From: a virus
Taxonomy: Duplodnaviria; Caudoviricetes
Virus record (IMG/VR): IMGVR_UViG_3300034072_001300
Coordinates: 1 to 58,411 of that record
Reading direction: 5' to 3' (one strand)
DNA length: 58,411 bases
Shown: piece after piece, positions 1 to 9,584 of the stretch
How positions within the stretch are numbered: position 1 is the stretch's first letter
Layout: each line of letters begins with the position of its first letter
Notes under the pieces: model-generated
Databases searched by the model: none
What the model was told of the DNA's origin: nothing
Seen by the model: only the letters and a program-made list of their open reading frames with translations
Made by a program: the position numbers and the translations under genes

Positions 1-192
1 GGAATCACTATAAAATTAAGACTGTGGAGTCAGTATTAGACTTTTATTTTCAATAAAAGCATTTGTCTAAGAAGCAGTAAAGATATAGAACCTATAGGTT
101 CTTTTATATAAACTTATACTTTATTATACAATTTTTTATTTGTTATATAAGTTTATATTTATCTAGTATTATATAAAAAGTGGAGTAAAAAT

Positions 193-381
193 ATGAAAAT
201 TAAAGAACACAATGGTATTAAAAGGGTTGAACACCCAAAATGGGCAGGTTGGAAATTATTAGATTTTTATAATTCTATAAATGCAAATATATTTAATGCA
301 AATGAATGTAGAATTATAAAAATACTAGAAGAGAACTTTATTTTGGTAAAGAAATTAGAAGAAAATATAGAACAAAAATAA
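193..381 (+). CDS. hypothetical protein, 62 aa
   Basis: ORF with GGAG RBS; converges on terminase across a hairpin. Confidence 0.5.
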   Translation: MKIKEHNGIKRVEHPKWAGWKLLDFYNSINANIFNANECRIIKILEENFILVKKLEENIEQK

Positions 382-400
382 TATAATGTTCTATATTTCT
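360..400. terminator. hairpin between convergent genes
   Basis: imperfect inverted repeat agaaaatatagaaca...tgttctatatttct. Confidence 0.45.
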
Positions 401-2886
401 TAATAGAACCCATCTGGTTCCATATTATATCCATTCCAAGTACTTTTTGGCATATATTCTTCATCTATATTTGTACCATCATCAAAACTCCCGATATTCA
501 GATATTCAGTAAATGAACTTTTATCTGTTTCGGTTCCTTCTACTTCTTCAGAATAAAGATTTTTAATTAAATCTTTCATATCATCAAAGTTTTTAGCATT
601 ACAAAATGGTGCGAATATTAATGCCAAACTCATAATCATATCATCGTGACAATTTTCATCTGCTTGATATTTATTATTAAGTAAAATAAATGTAAAAAAT
701 TCTTTTATGGTTTCTTTATCATTTATTTCTAAATTATTGTTTTCTATAAAGAGCTTCATTGTTTGTAAAATTAATTTTCTACTTTTACTTGATGTTCTAA
801 ATCCGGGATATTTTTTTCTACCTTTTGTTAAGTTAGTACTGTTTGAATTATCATTCTTATCATAATGTAAATTATCATAATCATAATCATTTTTCATTTG
901 ATCAGCTATACTTTGCCCTGCTCCCTCGTTGTTCTCTATGATTAAATATGGTAAATTATAATATTCGCACCAATCATTTATATATTCAGGCATTAGTAAA
1001 TAATCTATCTGTAATTGTGCTGAAGCAACTTGTTTAAATTTAAACCCTGTTATATCAATTATTTGCGCCGCAAATGCATCTTGACCATCTTTGGCTGGAT
1101 CAACTGCACAAATATATTGGTGTCCTTTTTCAGGGTATGCATAAATTTTTAATTTACCATCTCTAATTTCTAATGGTTCTTTTGAAGTAAATTCTTTTAA
1201 TTTCTCTGAACTAATTAGTGTATGTGAAGAACCAATTGCTTCATTTGCATAATTCTGATTAAAATATAATATACCATTTTTAGCAATAGTCTGTTCTTTA
1301 AATTCTTCGGGTGTCATTAAAGCGCCTTTTGAATTAAATCTCGGCACTCTTTGCCAATCTAAATCATAAAGAACAAAACCATTTGTACCTATAGTTAATA
1401 TTATTTTATAATTTTCATCATCTATAATTTCAATTTCTTTAAACAATCTTTCTTTTAATGATTCATTTATTGTTTTTTGATCTATTTTTGATATATCAAC
1501 ATAAATAATTTTTTCATAATCTGAATTATAATCTTTTAATAAACAATATTTTTTATTCTTTAGTTCAACTAATTTATCTCCTGACGCTTCAATAATTTTA
1601 TTATTTGAAGCTGATTTAGTAATTTCATACCAATGATTCATACCCTTCATAGTACTAATAATAATATTCTTTTTCCATGCCAATCCAGATTGTGAAGGCA
1701 TAATAGAATCAATAAACTCCAGCCAACGGTTAGATCTTATAAACGCTGCTTCATCAACGACTAAACAATTATGATGAGTAATATCATTAGAAATATATGA
1801 ATTACAATCTTGTACTTCAACTGGGTCGTAATAATATTTTTCACCATCATCTAAAATAATATTTGTGATTATTTTGCCTTTAATTTTATGATTAATCTTT
1901 AGGTTTTCTGCTTTTCTAAAAATTTTACCGGAGCTAGACTTACCAACTAATATCTGATGATTTTTTGTGCATTTTACTTCTGTAAAATCATTTAACTTTA
2001 AAATTATTCCAGTATTTATTGTTCTTCTTACACCTAAAAAATTCTTATAACCATCTTGTGTTTTTATTAAATATCTATTATTAAATTCATTATCTAACTT
2101 AGAATATATTTCTTCCAGAGATATTAATTTATAAGATTTATCAATTTTATCGTAAACTTCTACCGGTGAATCTCCGGTTAAACATGAAATTGTAAATCCT
2201 CTAAATGCGTCAGAACTTGGAACATCTGTTAGAATTCTCATTTTAGATTCATTTTCTATAGAACCTTTATTCCAAACAGTAGTACCTTGTTGCATCCAAA
2301 TTGGGATTTCTAATAACATATTTTTAGTTGTATTAAGAAATTCTCTTGCTTGTGCTCCTTTATTTCCTACTATTCCAATATTTAATTCTTTATTAAAACT
2401 ATACATCCAAGATAGGTAGATACCGGTCGAAACCGACTTTCCTGATTGTCGACCCATCTTACCTGCTATGTTCTCATGTTCATCAGGTAAAATTAATTCA
2501 ATAAATTCATTTTGATATTCCCTTAAATCAGGAAAGTTTACACCCTTTGGAGTTTTTATTTTTATATAATTATCTTTAAAATAATGAATATCATCTGAAC
2601 ATTTTTGAATCTCATGAATATGTATTGGAAATAAATTTATTTTTGTGTATGCTTTTTTTAATCCTCTATTACCATCAAAAGAAATCCTATTTCCAAATGC
2701 ATCTAAGTAATAGTTATCTTCATCCTTAGAAATATCCAAAATTTCTAGAGCCAAATGTTTTCCAGGATTACCAAAACTTCTTATTTCCTCAAGAAGTTCG
2801 GGTGTTATTTGATCTTTATTATTTTTAAGAAATTCAATAATCTCAGGTTTAAAAATTTCTTTTAATTTCTTTTCTTTATCTGACAT
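400..2886 (-). CDS. terL: terminase large subunit (T4 gp17-like), intein-containing
   Basis: Walker A GRQSGKS, FRG motif, Walker B LVVDEAAF, nuclease motifs AVDPAKDG, IENN, HDDMIMSL. Confidence 0.95.
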   Translation of the reverse strand: MSDKEKKLKEIFKPEIIEFLKNNKDQITPELLEEIRSFGNPGKHLALEILDISKDEDNYYLDAFGNRISFDGNRGLKKAYTKINLFPIHIHEIQKCSDDIHYFKDNYIKIKTPKGVNFPDLREYQNEFIELILPDEHENIAGKMGRQSGKSVSTGIYLSWMYSFNKELNIGIVGNKGAQAREFLNTTKNMLLEIPIWMQQGTTVWNKGSIENESKMRILTDVPSSDAFRGFTISCLTGDSPVEVYDKIDKSYKLISLEEIYSKLDNEFNNRYLIKTQDGYKNFLGVRRTINTGIILKLNDFTEVKCTKNHQILVGKSSSGKIFRKAENLKINHKIKGKIITNIILDDGEKYYYDPVEVQDCNSYISNDITHHNCLVVDEAAFIRSNRWLEFIDSIMPSQSGLAWKKNIIISTMKGMNHWYEITKSASNNKIIEASGDKLVELKNKKYCLLKDYNSDYEKIIYVDISKIDQKTINESLKERLFKEIEIIDDENYKIILTIGTNGFVLYDLDWQRVPRFNSKGALMTPEEFKEQTIAKNGILYFNQNYANEAIGSSHTLISSEKLKEFTSKEPLEIRDGKLKIYAYPEKGHQYICAVDPAKDGQDAFAAQIIDITGFKFKQVASAQLQIDYLLMPEYINDWCEYYNLPYLIIENNEGAGQSIADQMKNDYDYDNLHYDKNDNSNSTNLTKGRKKYPGFRTSSKSRKLILQTMKLFIENNNLEINDKETIKEFFTFILLNNKYQADENCHDDMIMSLALIFAPFCNAKNFDDMKDLIKNLYSEEVEGTETDKSSFTEYLNIGSFDDGTNIDEEYMPKSTWNGYNMEPDGFY
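1768..2184 (-). mobile_element. mini-intein (139 aa, no homing endonuclease) in terminase
   Basis: Starts CLTGDSPV, block B CTKNHQI, ends THHN followed by Cys; removal restores FRGFTIS-CLVVDEAAF. Confidence 0.92.
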
Positions 2887-3602
2887 AGTTTACCTTTAAA
2901 TAAATTTTTAAAGACATTTATTATTTTTTGTGTTAATGATATAGATTTTTGTGTGTTTTTATATAAGTACTCAGGTTTTTTAAATATTGGTTCACCAAGT
3001 TTTACAATTTTATATTCTGAATTTATGCACATTGATGGAACTACTGAATCTAAAAATTTAGTATAATCTGTATTTGCTTTATTTTCTAAAATATACAATT
3101 GTGTTAATCCGAATCCTCTAAATGCTTTTTCATCTATATTATCAAATATTAATTTATTTGATCCTAATTCTATAGATGATTTTAGAAATTTTCCTTTACT
3201 TTTAAAGAATTTTGGTAATTCATTATATATTTTTTTAATATTAGCTATTTCTTCAGAACACAAATTTGCATCACCAGCAACACCAATAATTTCATTTATT
3301 TCAAAAATTAGAGTATGTAAAATACATACTCTTGTAGCAACTGACTTGTATTCATTCATTTCTAAGTTAATTTCAGAAATTTTATTATTTTGTACAAAAA
3401 TAATTATTTCGTCTTGTGACTCAATTTTGTCTAAATTAATCAAATAATTATCTTTAAAGTAAATAATATCATTTTTGCAAATTTCTAATTCTTCTTTTAA
3501 TAATTCTGCATTTACTTTTTTACTAAGTAATTTATTTGCTTCAAGTTTTCCATCAATTCCTTTATTTCTTAGATTAAGTAATTCAGTTTCTGTTAATTTC
3601 AT
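2862..3602 (-). CDS. degenerate paralog of the terminase N-terminal ATPase domain
   Basis: ICKNDIIYFKDNY, KSSIE, AFRGF, KFLDSVVPS parallel KCSDDIHYFKDNY, KGSIE, AFRGF, EFIDSIMPS in the adjacent terminase; no Walker A. Confidence 0.7.
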   Translation of the reverse strand: MKLTETELLNLRNKGIDGKLEANKLLSKKVNAELLKEELEICKNDIIYFKDNYLINLDKIESQDEIIIFVQNNKISEINLEMNEYKSVATRVCILHTLIFEINEIIGVAGDANLCSEEIANIKKIYNELPKFFKSKGKFLKSSIELGSNKLIFDNIDEKAFRGFGLTQLYILENKANTDYTKFLDSVVPSMCINSEYKIVKLGEPIFKKPEYLYKNTQKSISLTQKIINVFKNLFKGKLCQIKKRN

Positions 3603-3646
3603 TTTCTTCCTTTAAGTTTAATTTTTCTTTTAAATTGTTATATATT

Positions 3647-3654
3647 TATTTATA
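3647..3654 (-). promoter_or_regulatory. T4-type late promoter TATAAATA
   Basis: exact motif upstream of the terminase operon. Confidence 0.65.
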
Positions 3655-3666
3655 TCTATTTATTTT

Positions 3667-3690
3667 GCTTTAATATTTTTGTGATATAAT
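3667..3690 (+). promoter_or_regulatory. early/middle promoter GCTTTAA-N11-TATAAT
   Basis: member of the recurrent intergenic motif. Confidence 0.6.
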
Positions 3691-3732
3691 AATTAAGTTA
3701 AAAAAAAATATTTTAAAATTATAAGGAATAAA

Positions 3733-3879
3733 ATGAAAAATATAAAACCAAAGTGTTGTTCTCAATGCATAAATAAAGATGGATTTAAAAGAATAAAAAC
3801 ATTAGATGTAAAAACTCATAATTTATTTGTATGGGAATGTAAAACTTGTGGACATTTAATTTTAAAGAAAGGTATATAA
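3733..3879 (+). CDS. small zinc-ribbon protein, 48 aa (absent from ORF track)
   Basis: AAGGA RBS; MKNIKPKCCSQC...WECKTCGH; TAATG overlap with next gene. Confidence 0.65.
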   Translation: MKNIKPKCCSQCINKDGFKRIKTLDVKTHNLFVWECKTCGHLILKKGI

Positions 3880-4493
3880 TGATAATATGGATAGATGCAG
3901 ATGATACAATTTTAGATTTAAACACTAGAATTATAAATTATTTTAATAATGAATGCTATACAGATATAAAGGATAGATATCCAGATGGTATTAAAAAGGA
4001 GCATATAAAAACATTTAATGTAAAACATATTTCAGAAAATATAATGAATTTATTTGAAAGTTCTGATTTATATCATAAAGATGAAAAAATTTTAGTACAA
4101 GCAGTTGAAGATGCTTATGAATTTTTTGATATAATTAATAATATATGTGAGAAATATGGTACACAATATAAAATTTTAACTCACTCAATAAGTCCTGGCG
4201 CAGCAGAATCAAAAGATTTTGTACTAAGCGAACTTTTTGGTATATCTAAAAAAAATATAATTCACTCGGGCGATAAAGAAAATTATGTTAATTTAAACGA
4301 TATAATTATTGATGATGCATTACATAATCACAATGCAATTATTAATAAGCACGGTACAGAAAATAGAAAAAATCTAAATTATATGCCCGAGCAACCTTGG
4401 AATAATAAATTAAAGCATGTTTTTAGAGAGAATATTTTAGAGATTGCAAACAAAATAAAAGAAAATTTTGATTTGGGAATTTTAAAAAATTAA
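3879..4493 (+). CDS. HAD-family 5'(3')-deoxyribonucleotidase-like protein
   Basis: IWIDADDTILD motif I and IIIDD motif IV; start moved to ATG 3879. Confidence 0.75.
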   Translation: MIIWIDADDTILDLNTRIINYFNNECYTDIKDRYPDGIKKEHIKTFNVKHISENIMNLFESSDLYHKDEKILVQAVEDAYEFFDIINNICEKYGTQYKILTHSISPGAAESKDFVLSELFGISKKNIIHSGDKENYVNLNDIIIDDALHNHNAIINKHGTENRKNLNYMPEQPWNNKLKHVFRENILEIANKIKENFDLGILKN

Positions 4494-4551
4494 TTAAACT
4501 TTAAACGCAAAATGTATATAATTACATATATTAAAAATAAAAAGGATAAAA

Positions 4552-4830
4552 ATGAATTTTAGTACAGAACTAGAAGATTTTAAATTAAAACAGAAATTAA
4601 ATATACCTGAACATATTTTTCTAAAAATGAAATGGAATTTAAGTAATGAATTAATAGACAAAAGATCATATTTATTCAAAATGCTACAAAATGAAAATAT
4701 TTTTGTAAATTTTGATAAAATTTATAGCATTTCAGATTTAAAAATGTGTACTTTTTATAAAGATCTTATTATATATAAAGATAAAAATAAGCAATTGTTT
4801 GAATTTATATTTGGTTCAATATTTAGGTGA
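4552..4830 (+). CDS. hypothetical protein
   Basis: AAGGA RBS, promoter 4500-4522. Confidence 0.6.
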   Translation: MNFSTELEDFKLKQKLNIPEHIFLKMKWNLSNELIDKRSYLFKMLQNENIFVNFDKIYSISDLKMCTFYKDLIIYKDKNKQLFEFIFGSIFR

Positions 4831-5054
4831 TTTTTATGAAATATGTATATACAAATTTAGGTTTACATGAATCAGAAAAAGGTTATAGTACACCCGAAAG
4901 AGCAATCTTAGAATATTATAAAGAACAAAAATTTTTGATTAATGATAGAATTAGAAAATCACGAGAAAATATTAGAAAAAACGAAAAAGAATTAAAAAAA
5001 TTAGAAGAAACATTTAAAAATGTGATCCACATGTTTCCTGAGCATTTAATTTAG
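4827..5054 (+). CDS. hypothetical protein
   Basis: coupled ORF, coiled-coil-like. Confidence 0.55.
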   Translation: MIFMKYVYTNLGLHESEKGYSTPERAILEYYKEQKFLINDRIRKSRENIRKNEKELKKLEETFKNVIHMFPEHLI

Positions 5055-5104
5055 CTTTTATATATTTTTATATATAATTTTAAATAATTTTAAAAAGGTA
5101 AAAA

Positions 5105-5794
5105 ATGCAAGAACCACAAGAAAATATAAAAACTGAATTTATAAATTATGTAAAAAAGAAAATATATAATATAGAAGATATTGAATATGCTAATAAAGGA
5201 TTATCTGAAATGGCTATAGCAGCAAAAGGTGATTGGCCTAAAATAAAAGAAATGGTTACATCAATTACACCATTTATAATTGAGAAAAAATGGGATTATA
5301 TAGATTCTTTATATTTAAAGAATACAATATATAGAATATATAAGCAAAAAAACGTTTATGTATTAGGTTATTTTATAGAAAGAGCCGAAAGCACTGAGTT
5401 TATAGTGGAATTAGAAATAAAATTATCTCTTGAAACAGAAATAATGAATGAATTTAATTTTAAAAAGCAACTTATGAATGTTGATGGTGTTAGAGTAAGT
5501 GAAACTTCACAAGGGAGGGGATTGGCAACTCAAATGTATAAGTTTTTAGTTAAAAATGAAAATTTTATAATTCTTGGTGATGAGATACAATTCTTTGGTG
5601 CTAGAAAACTTTGGAGTAGATTATCTAAAGAAATTGATGTTAGAGTAGATATAATAGATATTGATTCTATTAAAGTTCTTGAGAAAGATGTTATTTTAAA
5701 GCACGGGACAGATGATTGGGATTTTGACAAAAGAGTTTGGTCTTATGATTTAGATAAAAGATATATTAGATTAGTTCTAAAAGAAATTAAATAA
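5105..5794 (+). CDS. GNAT-like acetyltransferase, paralog 1, with N-terminal leader
   Basis: VRVSETSQGRGLATQMY acetyl-CoA motif A; QFFGARKLW. Confidence 0.7.
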   Translation: MQEPQENIKTEFINYVKKKIYNIEDIEYANKGLSEMAIAAKGDWPKIKEMVTSITPFIIEKKWDYIDSLYLKNTIYRIYKQKNVYVLGYFIERAESTEFIVELEIKLSLETEIMNEFNFKKQLMNVDGVRVSETSQGRGLATQMYKFLVKNENFIILGDEIQFFGARKLWSRLSKEIDVRVDIIDIDSIKVLEKDVILKHGTDDWDFDKRVWSYDLDKRYIRLVLKEIK

Positions 5795-5810
5795 GCTCAA
5801 AAGAGCTTAT
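5791..5810. terminator. bidirectional terminator hairpin
   Basis: ataagctc-aaaa-gagcttat between convergent genes. Confidence 0.7.
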
Positions 5811-5822
5811 TTAAAAGAATAA

Positions 5823-6431
5823 TTAAGACATTAAAGTATTATATCTTTTTGTTCTATCTTCTAATCCGTGTGTTCCGCCATTTATTCTTTTAGTACAAGT
5901 TAAAATATCTTTAGAATCCGCAAATTTATTCAGATTATTTTTATTCCAAAACCAAACGGCTGTTTTTATTGCTATTGACAAATCACTTCTTATTAATTCT
6001 GGGTTTGAAACAATATCAATCCCTGTATCTTTACTAAAATTTGTAAAATTTTCTTTACCTGTTAATTGTATAAAACCAAATCCTCGATATTTCCATCCAT
6101 CACCCGAATTTTCCGAACCATTCCCCATTCGATTTGCATAAACTCTATTTGCTATTTTTTCGGGTTTTCTTTCATATTCTGATGCAATTTTATCATCTAA
6201 AAAATATCTTCCAAATACTCCTCTTAAAGCTTTAGCACTATAATTAAGATTTTCATTAAATCTCGTAAACCCCGCACTTTCATGCCCGCACTGTGCTAAA
6301 AACATATTTACTCTTTCCTTAGTATCAATACCAGATGAACTTAATATATTATCAAATAGATTACATAACTCATTAGGGTTTTTACATTCTGGGAAGGCCT
6401 GTTTAAACTTATTAATATCAATTTTATACAT
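5823..6431 (-). CDS. glycoside hydrolase family 19 endolysin
   Basis: FLAQCGHESAGF, ENLNYS, DGWKYRGFGFIQLTGK, INGGTHGLEDR. Confidence 0.92.
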   Translation of the reverse strand: MYKIDINKFKQAFPECKNPNELCNLFDNILSSSGIDTKERVNMFLAQCGHESAGFTRFNENLNYSAKALRGVFGRYFLDDKIASEYERKPEKIANRVYANRMGNGSENSGDGWKYRGFGFIQLTGKENFTNFSKDTGIDIVSNPELIRSDLSIAIKTAVWFWNKNNLNKFADSKDILTCTKRINGGTHGLEDRTKRYNTLMS

Positions 6432-6449
6432 TTTTAATCCTTTTTAAAT

Positions 6450-6457
6450 TATTTATA
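6450..6457 (-). promoter_or_regulatory. late promoter TATAAATA
   Basis: exact motif just upstream of endolysin RBS. Confidence 0.7.
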
Positions 6458-6470
6458 ATTTTAATGAATT

Positions 6471-6675
6471 TTTCAAATTTAAAGAATTTTTTGAACTTAA
6501 AAAGAAAATTAATATATTCAAATTTTTGAAATTTAAAATATTTTTTGAACTTAAAAAGAAAATTAATATATTCAAATTTTTGAAATTTAAAATATTTTTT
6601 GAACTTAAAAAGAAAATTAATATATTCAAATTTTTCAAATTTAAAGAATTTTTTGAACTTAAAAAGAAAATTAAT
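6471..6675. repeat. 54-bp tandem repeat, about 3.8 copies
   Basis: gaactt recurs at 6493, 6547, 6601, 6655; unit aaatttaaa(ga/at)attttttgaacttaaaaagaaaattaatatattcaaattttt(g/c). Confidence 0.95.
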
Positions 6676-6718
6676 AAAAAATGTATTAAAATCTAATAAT
6701 TCAAAATAAAGGAATAAA

Positions 6719-7402
6719 ATGAAATTAACAAAAGAAAATAAAGCAAAAAGAAAAGAAAATATAAGAAATTATATCTTATTTAGAAATAAATTAGAAGATG
6801 AATTAGATGAAGTAAAAAACACAACAAAAAATAATATAAAAAGTTATAAATTAAAGTTAAAAGATTTAGATATTTCTGTACAAAAAGTAGATAAACATAT
6901 AACAATGTTTAAAAATGAGATATCTGAAAAAAATATTAAACTTACATCAGAAAAAATTTTTAAATACTTAGTTGAATCTTTTGAATATATTAGTTCAGCA
7001 GAAAATTATAAAAAATGTGAAGAGCAAATAAAAGAATATATTTCTGATTACTTAAATTCTATTCTAGAATTAAAATTATATAGATCATATATAAGAAATG
7101 AAATGAAAGAATATAGAAATAGAAATAAAGGTCAATTTAATTTCAATTCTGCTGAGCATGCCTTTGTAGAAATGAGAAGAAATTTAAAAAATTATACAGA
7201 AGAAGATTATTTAGATGATTTAAAATTATCTAGAGAAGTAGCAGATGAGATTATGCAAGAAATTATTAGCAATCCCGCAAAAATAGTAGAATTAAAAATA
7301 GAAAAACCAAAAAAACCAAAAAAATATAAAATGACTGAAATGGAAGTTCTTCAAATGATATTTGGTAATAAAGATATGTTAGAATCAATTAAGAAATTAT
7401 AA
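6719..7402 (+). CDS. hypothetical coiled-coil protein
   Basis: 227 aa, AAGGA RBS. Confidence 0.7.
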   Translation: MKLTKENKAKRKENIRNYILFRNKLEDELDEVKNTTKNNIKSYKLKLKDLDISVQKVDKHITMFKNEISEKNIKLTSEKIFKYLVESFEYISSAENYKKCEEQIKEYISDYLNSILELKLYRSYIRNEMKEYRNRNKGQFNFNSAEHAFVEMRRNLKNYTEEDYLDDLKLSREVADEIMQEIISNPAKIVELKIEKPKKPKKYKMTEMEVLQMIFGNKDMLESIKKL

Positions 7403-8691
7403 TGAATATAACAAATTTAAAAGAACTTTTAAAATACAGTTATATTTCTGAAATACCTGTTCTAATAAATGGTAAGCACGGTATTGGTAAATCTTCAGTA
7501 GTTAAGCAATTTGGTCATGAAAATAATCTACATGTTGAAGTATTAAATCTTTCATTAATGGAACCAGCAGATTTATTAGGTATGCCTGATTCAGATAAAG
7601 AATTAAATAGAACAATTTGGTTGGAACCCGAATGGTTCCAAGAAATTATTGATAAAGCTTGGCCAATAAATTTTTATTTTGATGATTTAGAATTTACCGA
7701 TAAAGATTTTGAGAAATATATAATAGAAAATTTAGATGTTTCACAAACAATTAAAAGAAAAGAACTAAATAAATTATATTGTTCTTATTATAAGATATTA
7801 AGTAAAGATTTAGAATTAGTGAAGAATCAAAATTTTGTTAGTTGTAAAAAATCTATAAATTCAATTTTATTTTTAGATGAATTAAATAGAGCAAATTCCG
7901 ATGTTAGACAACCAGCATTACAATTAACTTTAGATAAAAAATTACAATGCCATGAATTACCATATATTAAAGGTAAAAGAACATTTATTGTTGCAGCTAT
8001 AAATCCCGCTGATTTATATCAAACGGATGAATTGGATATGGCTCTTTTAGATAGATTTTTACTTGTTGATTTAGAAGTAGACGTAAATGATTGGTTAAAA
8101 TATGGCGCTATTACACAAATAAATGAGTGTATTTTAAGCTATATTGCGGAAAAACCAGAAAACTTACATTATATATCAGAAGATATAACATTAAAAGGTG
8201 CTTCTCCAAGGTCTTGGGAAGAATTATCAGAACTTTTAAAAAATACTATAAAAAATCCGATAGTACTAGAAGGGATTATAAAGGGTAAGTTAGGAAGTTA
8301 TATAGGAACTGAATTTTATGTGTATTATAAAAAGTTTAAAGATTTATTTAAAATTGATGATTTAGTAAAAACAGTTTTCGATAATTCTAAAAAGGATGTT
8401 TCAGAAATATCTAATATATTAAAGGAACAAACGAAAAACATAGACACAATAAGAAAACAAGCATTATTAAATCATTTGTTAATATTGGCTTCTACTGAAT
8501 TGGAATCAAAAAATTATAATATAATTAGTTTAAGTTTAATTTCTTTTTTAAATTCTTTAAATTTTGAAATAAGCATTATGTTCATTAAAAAATTAAAAAA
8601 TTCTGACTATGATTTATATAATAATTTAGTTCTTTTAGATGAAAAAATAAACGCTAAAAAATTCTTTAATGCATTAGTTCAATATAGTTAA
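7402..8691 (+). CDS. MoxR-like AAA+ ATPase
   Basis: GKHGIGKS, ADLLGMP, LFLDELNRA, ALLDRF, SPRSW. Confidence 0.85.
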   Translation: MNITNLKELLKYSYISEIPVLINGKHGIGKSSVVKQFGHENNLHVEVLNLSLMEPADLLGMPDSDKELNRTIWLEPEWFQEIIDKAWPINFYFDDLEFTDKDFEKYIIENLDVSQTIKRKELNKLYCSYYKILSKDLELVKNQNFVSCKKSINSILFLDELNRANSDVRQPALQLTLDKKLQCHELPYIKGKRTFIVAAINPADLYQTDELDMALLDRFLLVDLEVDVNDWLKYGAITQINECILSYIAEKPENLHYISEDITLKGASPRSWEELSELLKNTIKNPIVLEGIIKGKLGSYIGTEFYVYYKKFKDLFKIDDLVKTVFDNSKKDVSEISNILKEQTKNIDTIRKQALLNHLLILASTELESKNYNIISLSLISFLNSLNFEISIMFIKKLKNSDYDLYNNLVLLDEKINAKKFFNALVQYS

Positions 8692-8696
8692 TTCTT

Positions 8697-8704
8697 TATA
8701 AATA
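8697..8704 (+). promoter_or_regulatory. late promoter TATAAATA
   Basis: upstream of spanin pair. Confidence 0.65.
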
Positions 8705-8722
8705 ATTTTAAAAGGAGTAACT

Positions 8723-9193
8723 ATGGGTACTATAAAAAGTGCATTTTATATTATTATAGGTCTTGCTATTATTAGCTCTATATGGTGGGTTTATGATTTA
8801 TACAAAGAAAATCAGATTCTAACATTAAATAATCAAAAATTGGAATTTAGTATTACTGAACAAGATAAAGTAATTAAACAAAAAGAAAAAGATTTGGTTG
8901 ATAAAGAAAGAATTCAAAATGAACATAAAATTGTTGTACAAAATTTAGAAAATGAGAAATTTGAATTAGAACAAAAATTTACCAAAGAAAAAACAGTGAC
9001 TGTTATTATAGATAATAAAGAAACAAAAATAAAAAAACAAAGAGATATTGGTAAATTGGCTGTCGTAAAACCAAAAATGGTTCAAACAGTCATCAATAAA
9101 GGAACTATTAAAGAATTTAGATGCTTAGAAGCTATTACAAATCCAGAATTTAAAAATTTTGATAATTTACAAGGAGTTCAAGAATGCAAATAA
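8723..9193 (+). CDS. inner-membrane spanin (Rz-like)
   Basis: N-terminal TM helix plus coiled coil; overlaps a lipoprotein gene. Confidence 0.75.
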   Translation: MGTIKSAFYIIIGLAIISSIWWVYDLYKENQILTLNNQKLEFSITEQDKVIKQKEKDLVDKERIQNEHKIVVQNLENEKFELEQKFTKEKTVTVIIDNKETKIKKQRDIGKLAVVKPKMVQTVINKGTIKEFRCLEAITNPEFKNFDNLQGVQECK

Positions 9194-9537
9194 AGCAAAT
9201 AATTAAAAATATTATTTTAGCAAGTTCATTATTATTTATTACAGGTTGTTCAACAAAAACAATAGATATTAAAACAACTGAATCGCAAAGAACAAAATTA
9301 AATTTAAGTGAACCAAATGCAGTAAATTTAAAAGATGTTAATTTTTTAATAATAACACAACAAAACACAAATGAAGTTTTTAAACAGTTAGAAACATCAA
9401 ATAAAGATAAAGTTCTAATTGGGTTAACAGATGAAGATTATATTAAAATGTCTGAAAATCTCCTTGAATTAAAGAGATATATTTTAGAACAAAGAAAAAT
9501 TATAAATTCTTATAAAGAATATTATGAATCTAATTAA
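9184..9537 (+). CDS. outer-membrane spanin lipoprotein (Rz1-like)
   Basis: lipobox FITGC. Confidence 0.75.
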   Translation: MQIKQIIKNIILASSLLFITGCSTKTIDIKTTESQRTKLNLSEPNAVNLKDVNFLIITQQNTNEVFKQLETSNKDKVLIGLTDEDYIKMSENLLELKRYILEQRKIINSYKEYYESN

Positions 9538-9584
9538 TTTAGGTTTAATACTATTTAGTATATAATTAAATAAAGAAGGAAATA

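Noticed and set aside
1-56. 3' end of an upstream gene
   Set aside because: Too short to assign
2862-3602. Terminase small subunit
   Set aside because: Resembles the large-subunit ATPase domain, not gp16
6453-6638. 61-aa repetitive minus-strand ORF
   Set aside because: Artefact of the 54-bp repeat; no RBS
6471-6675. CRISPR array
   Set aside because: No unique spacers; contiguous near-identical units; no cas genes
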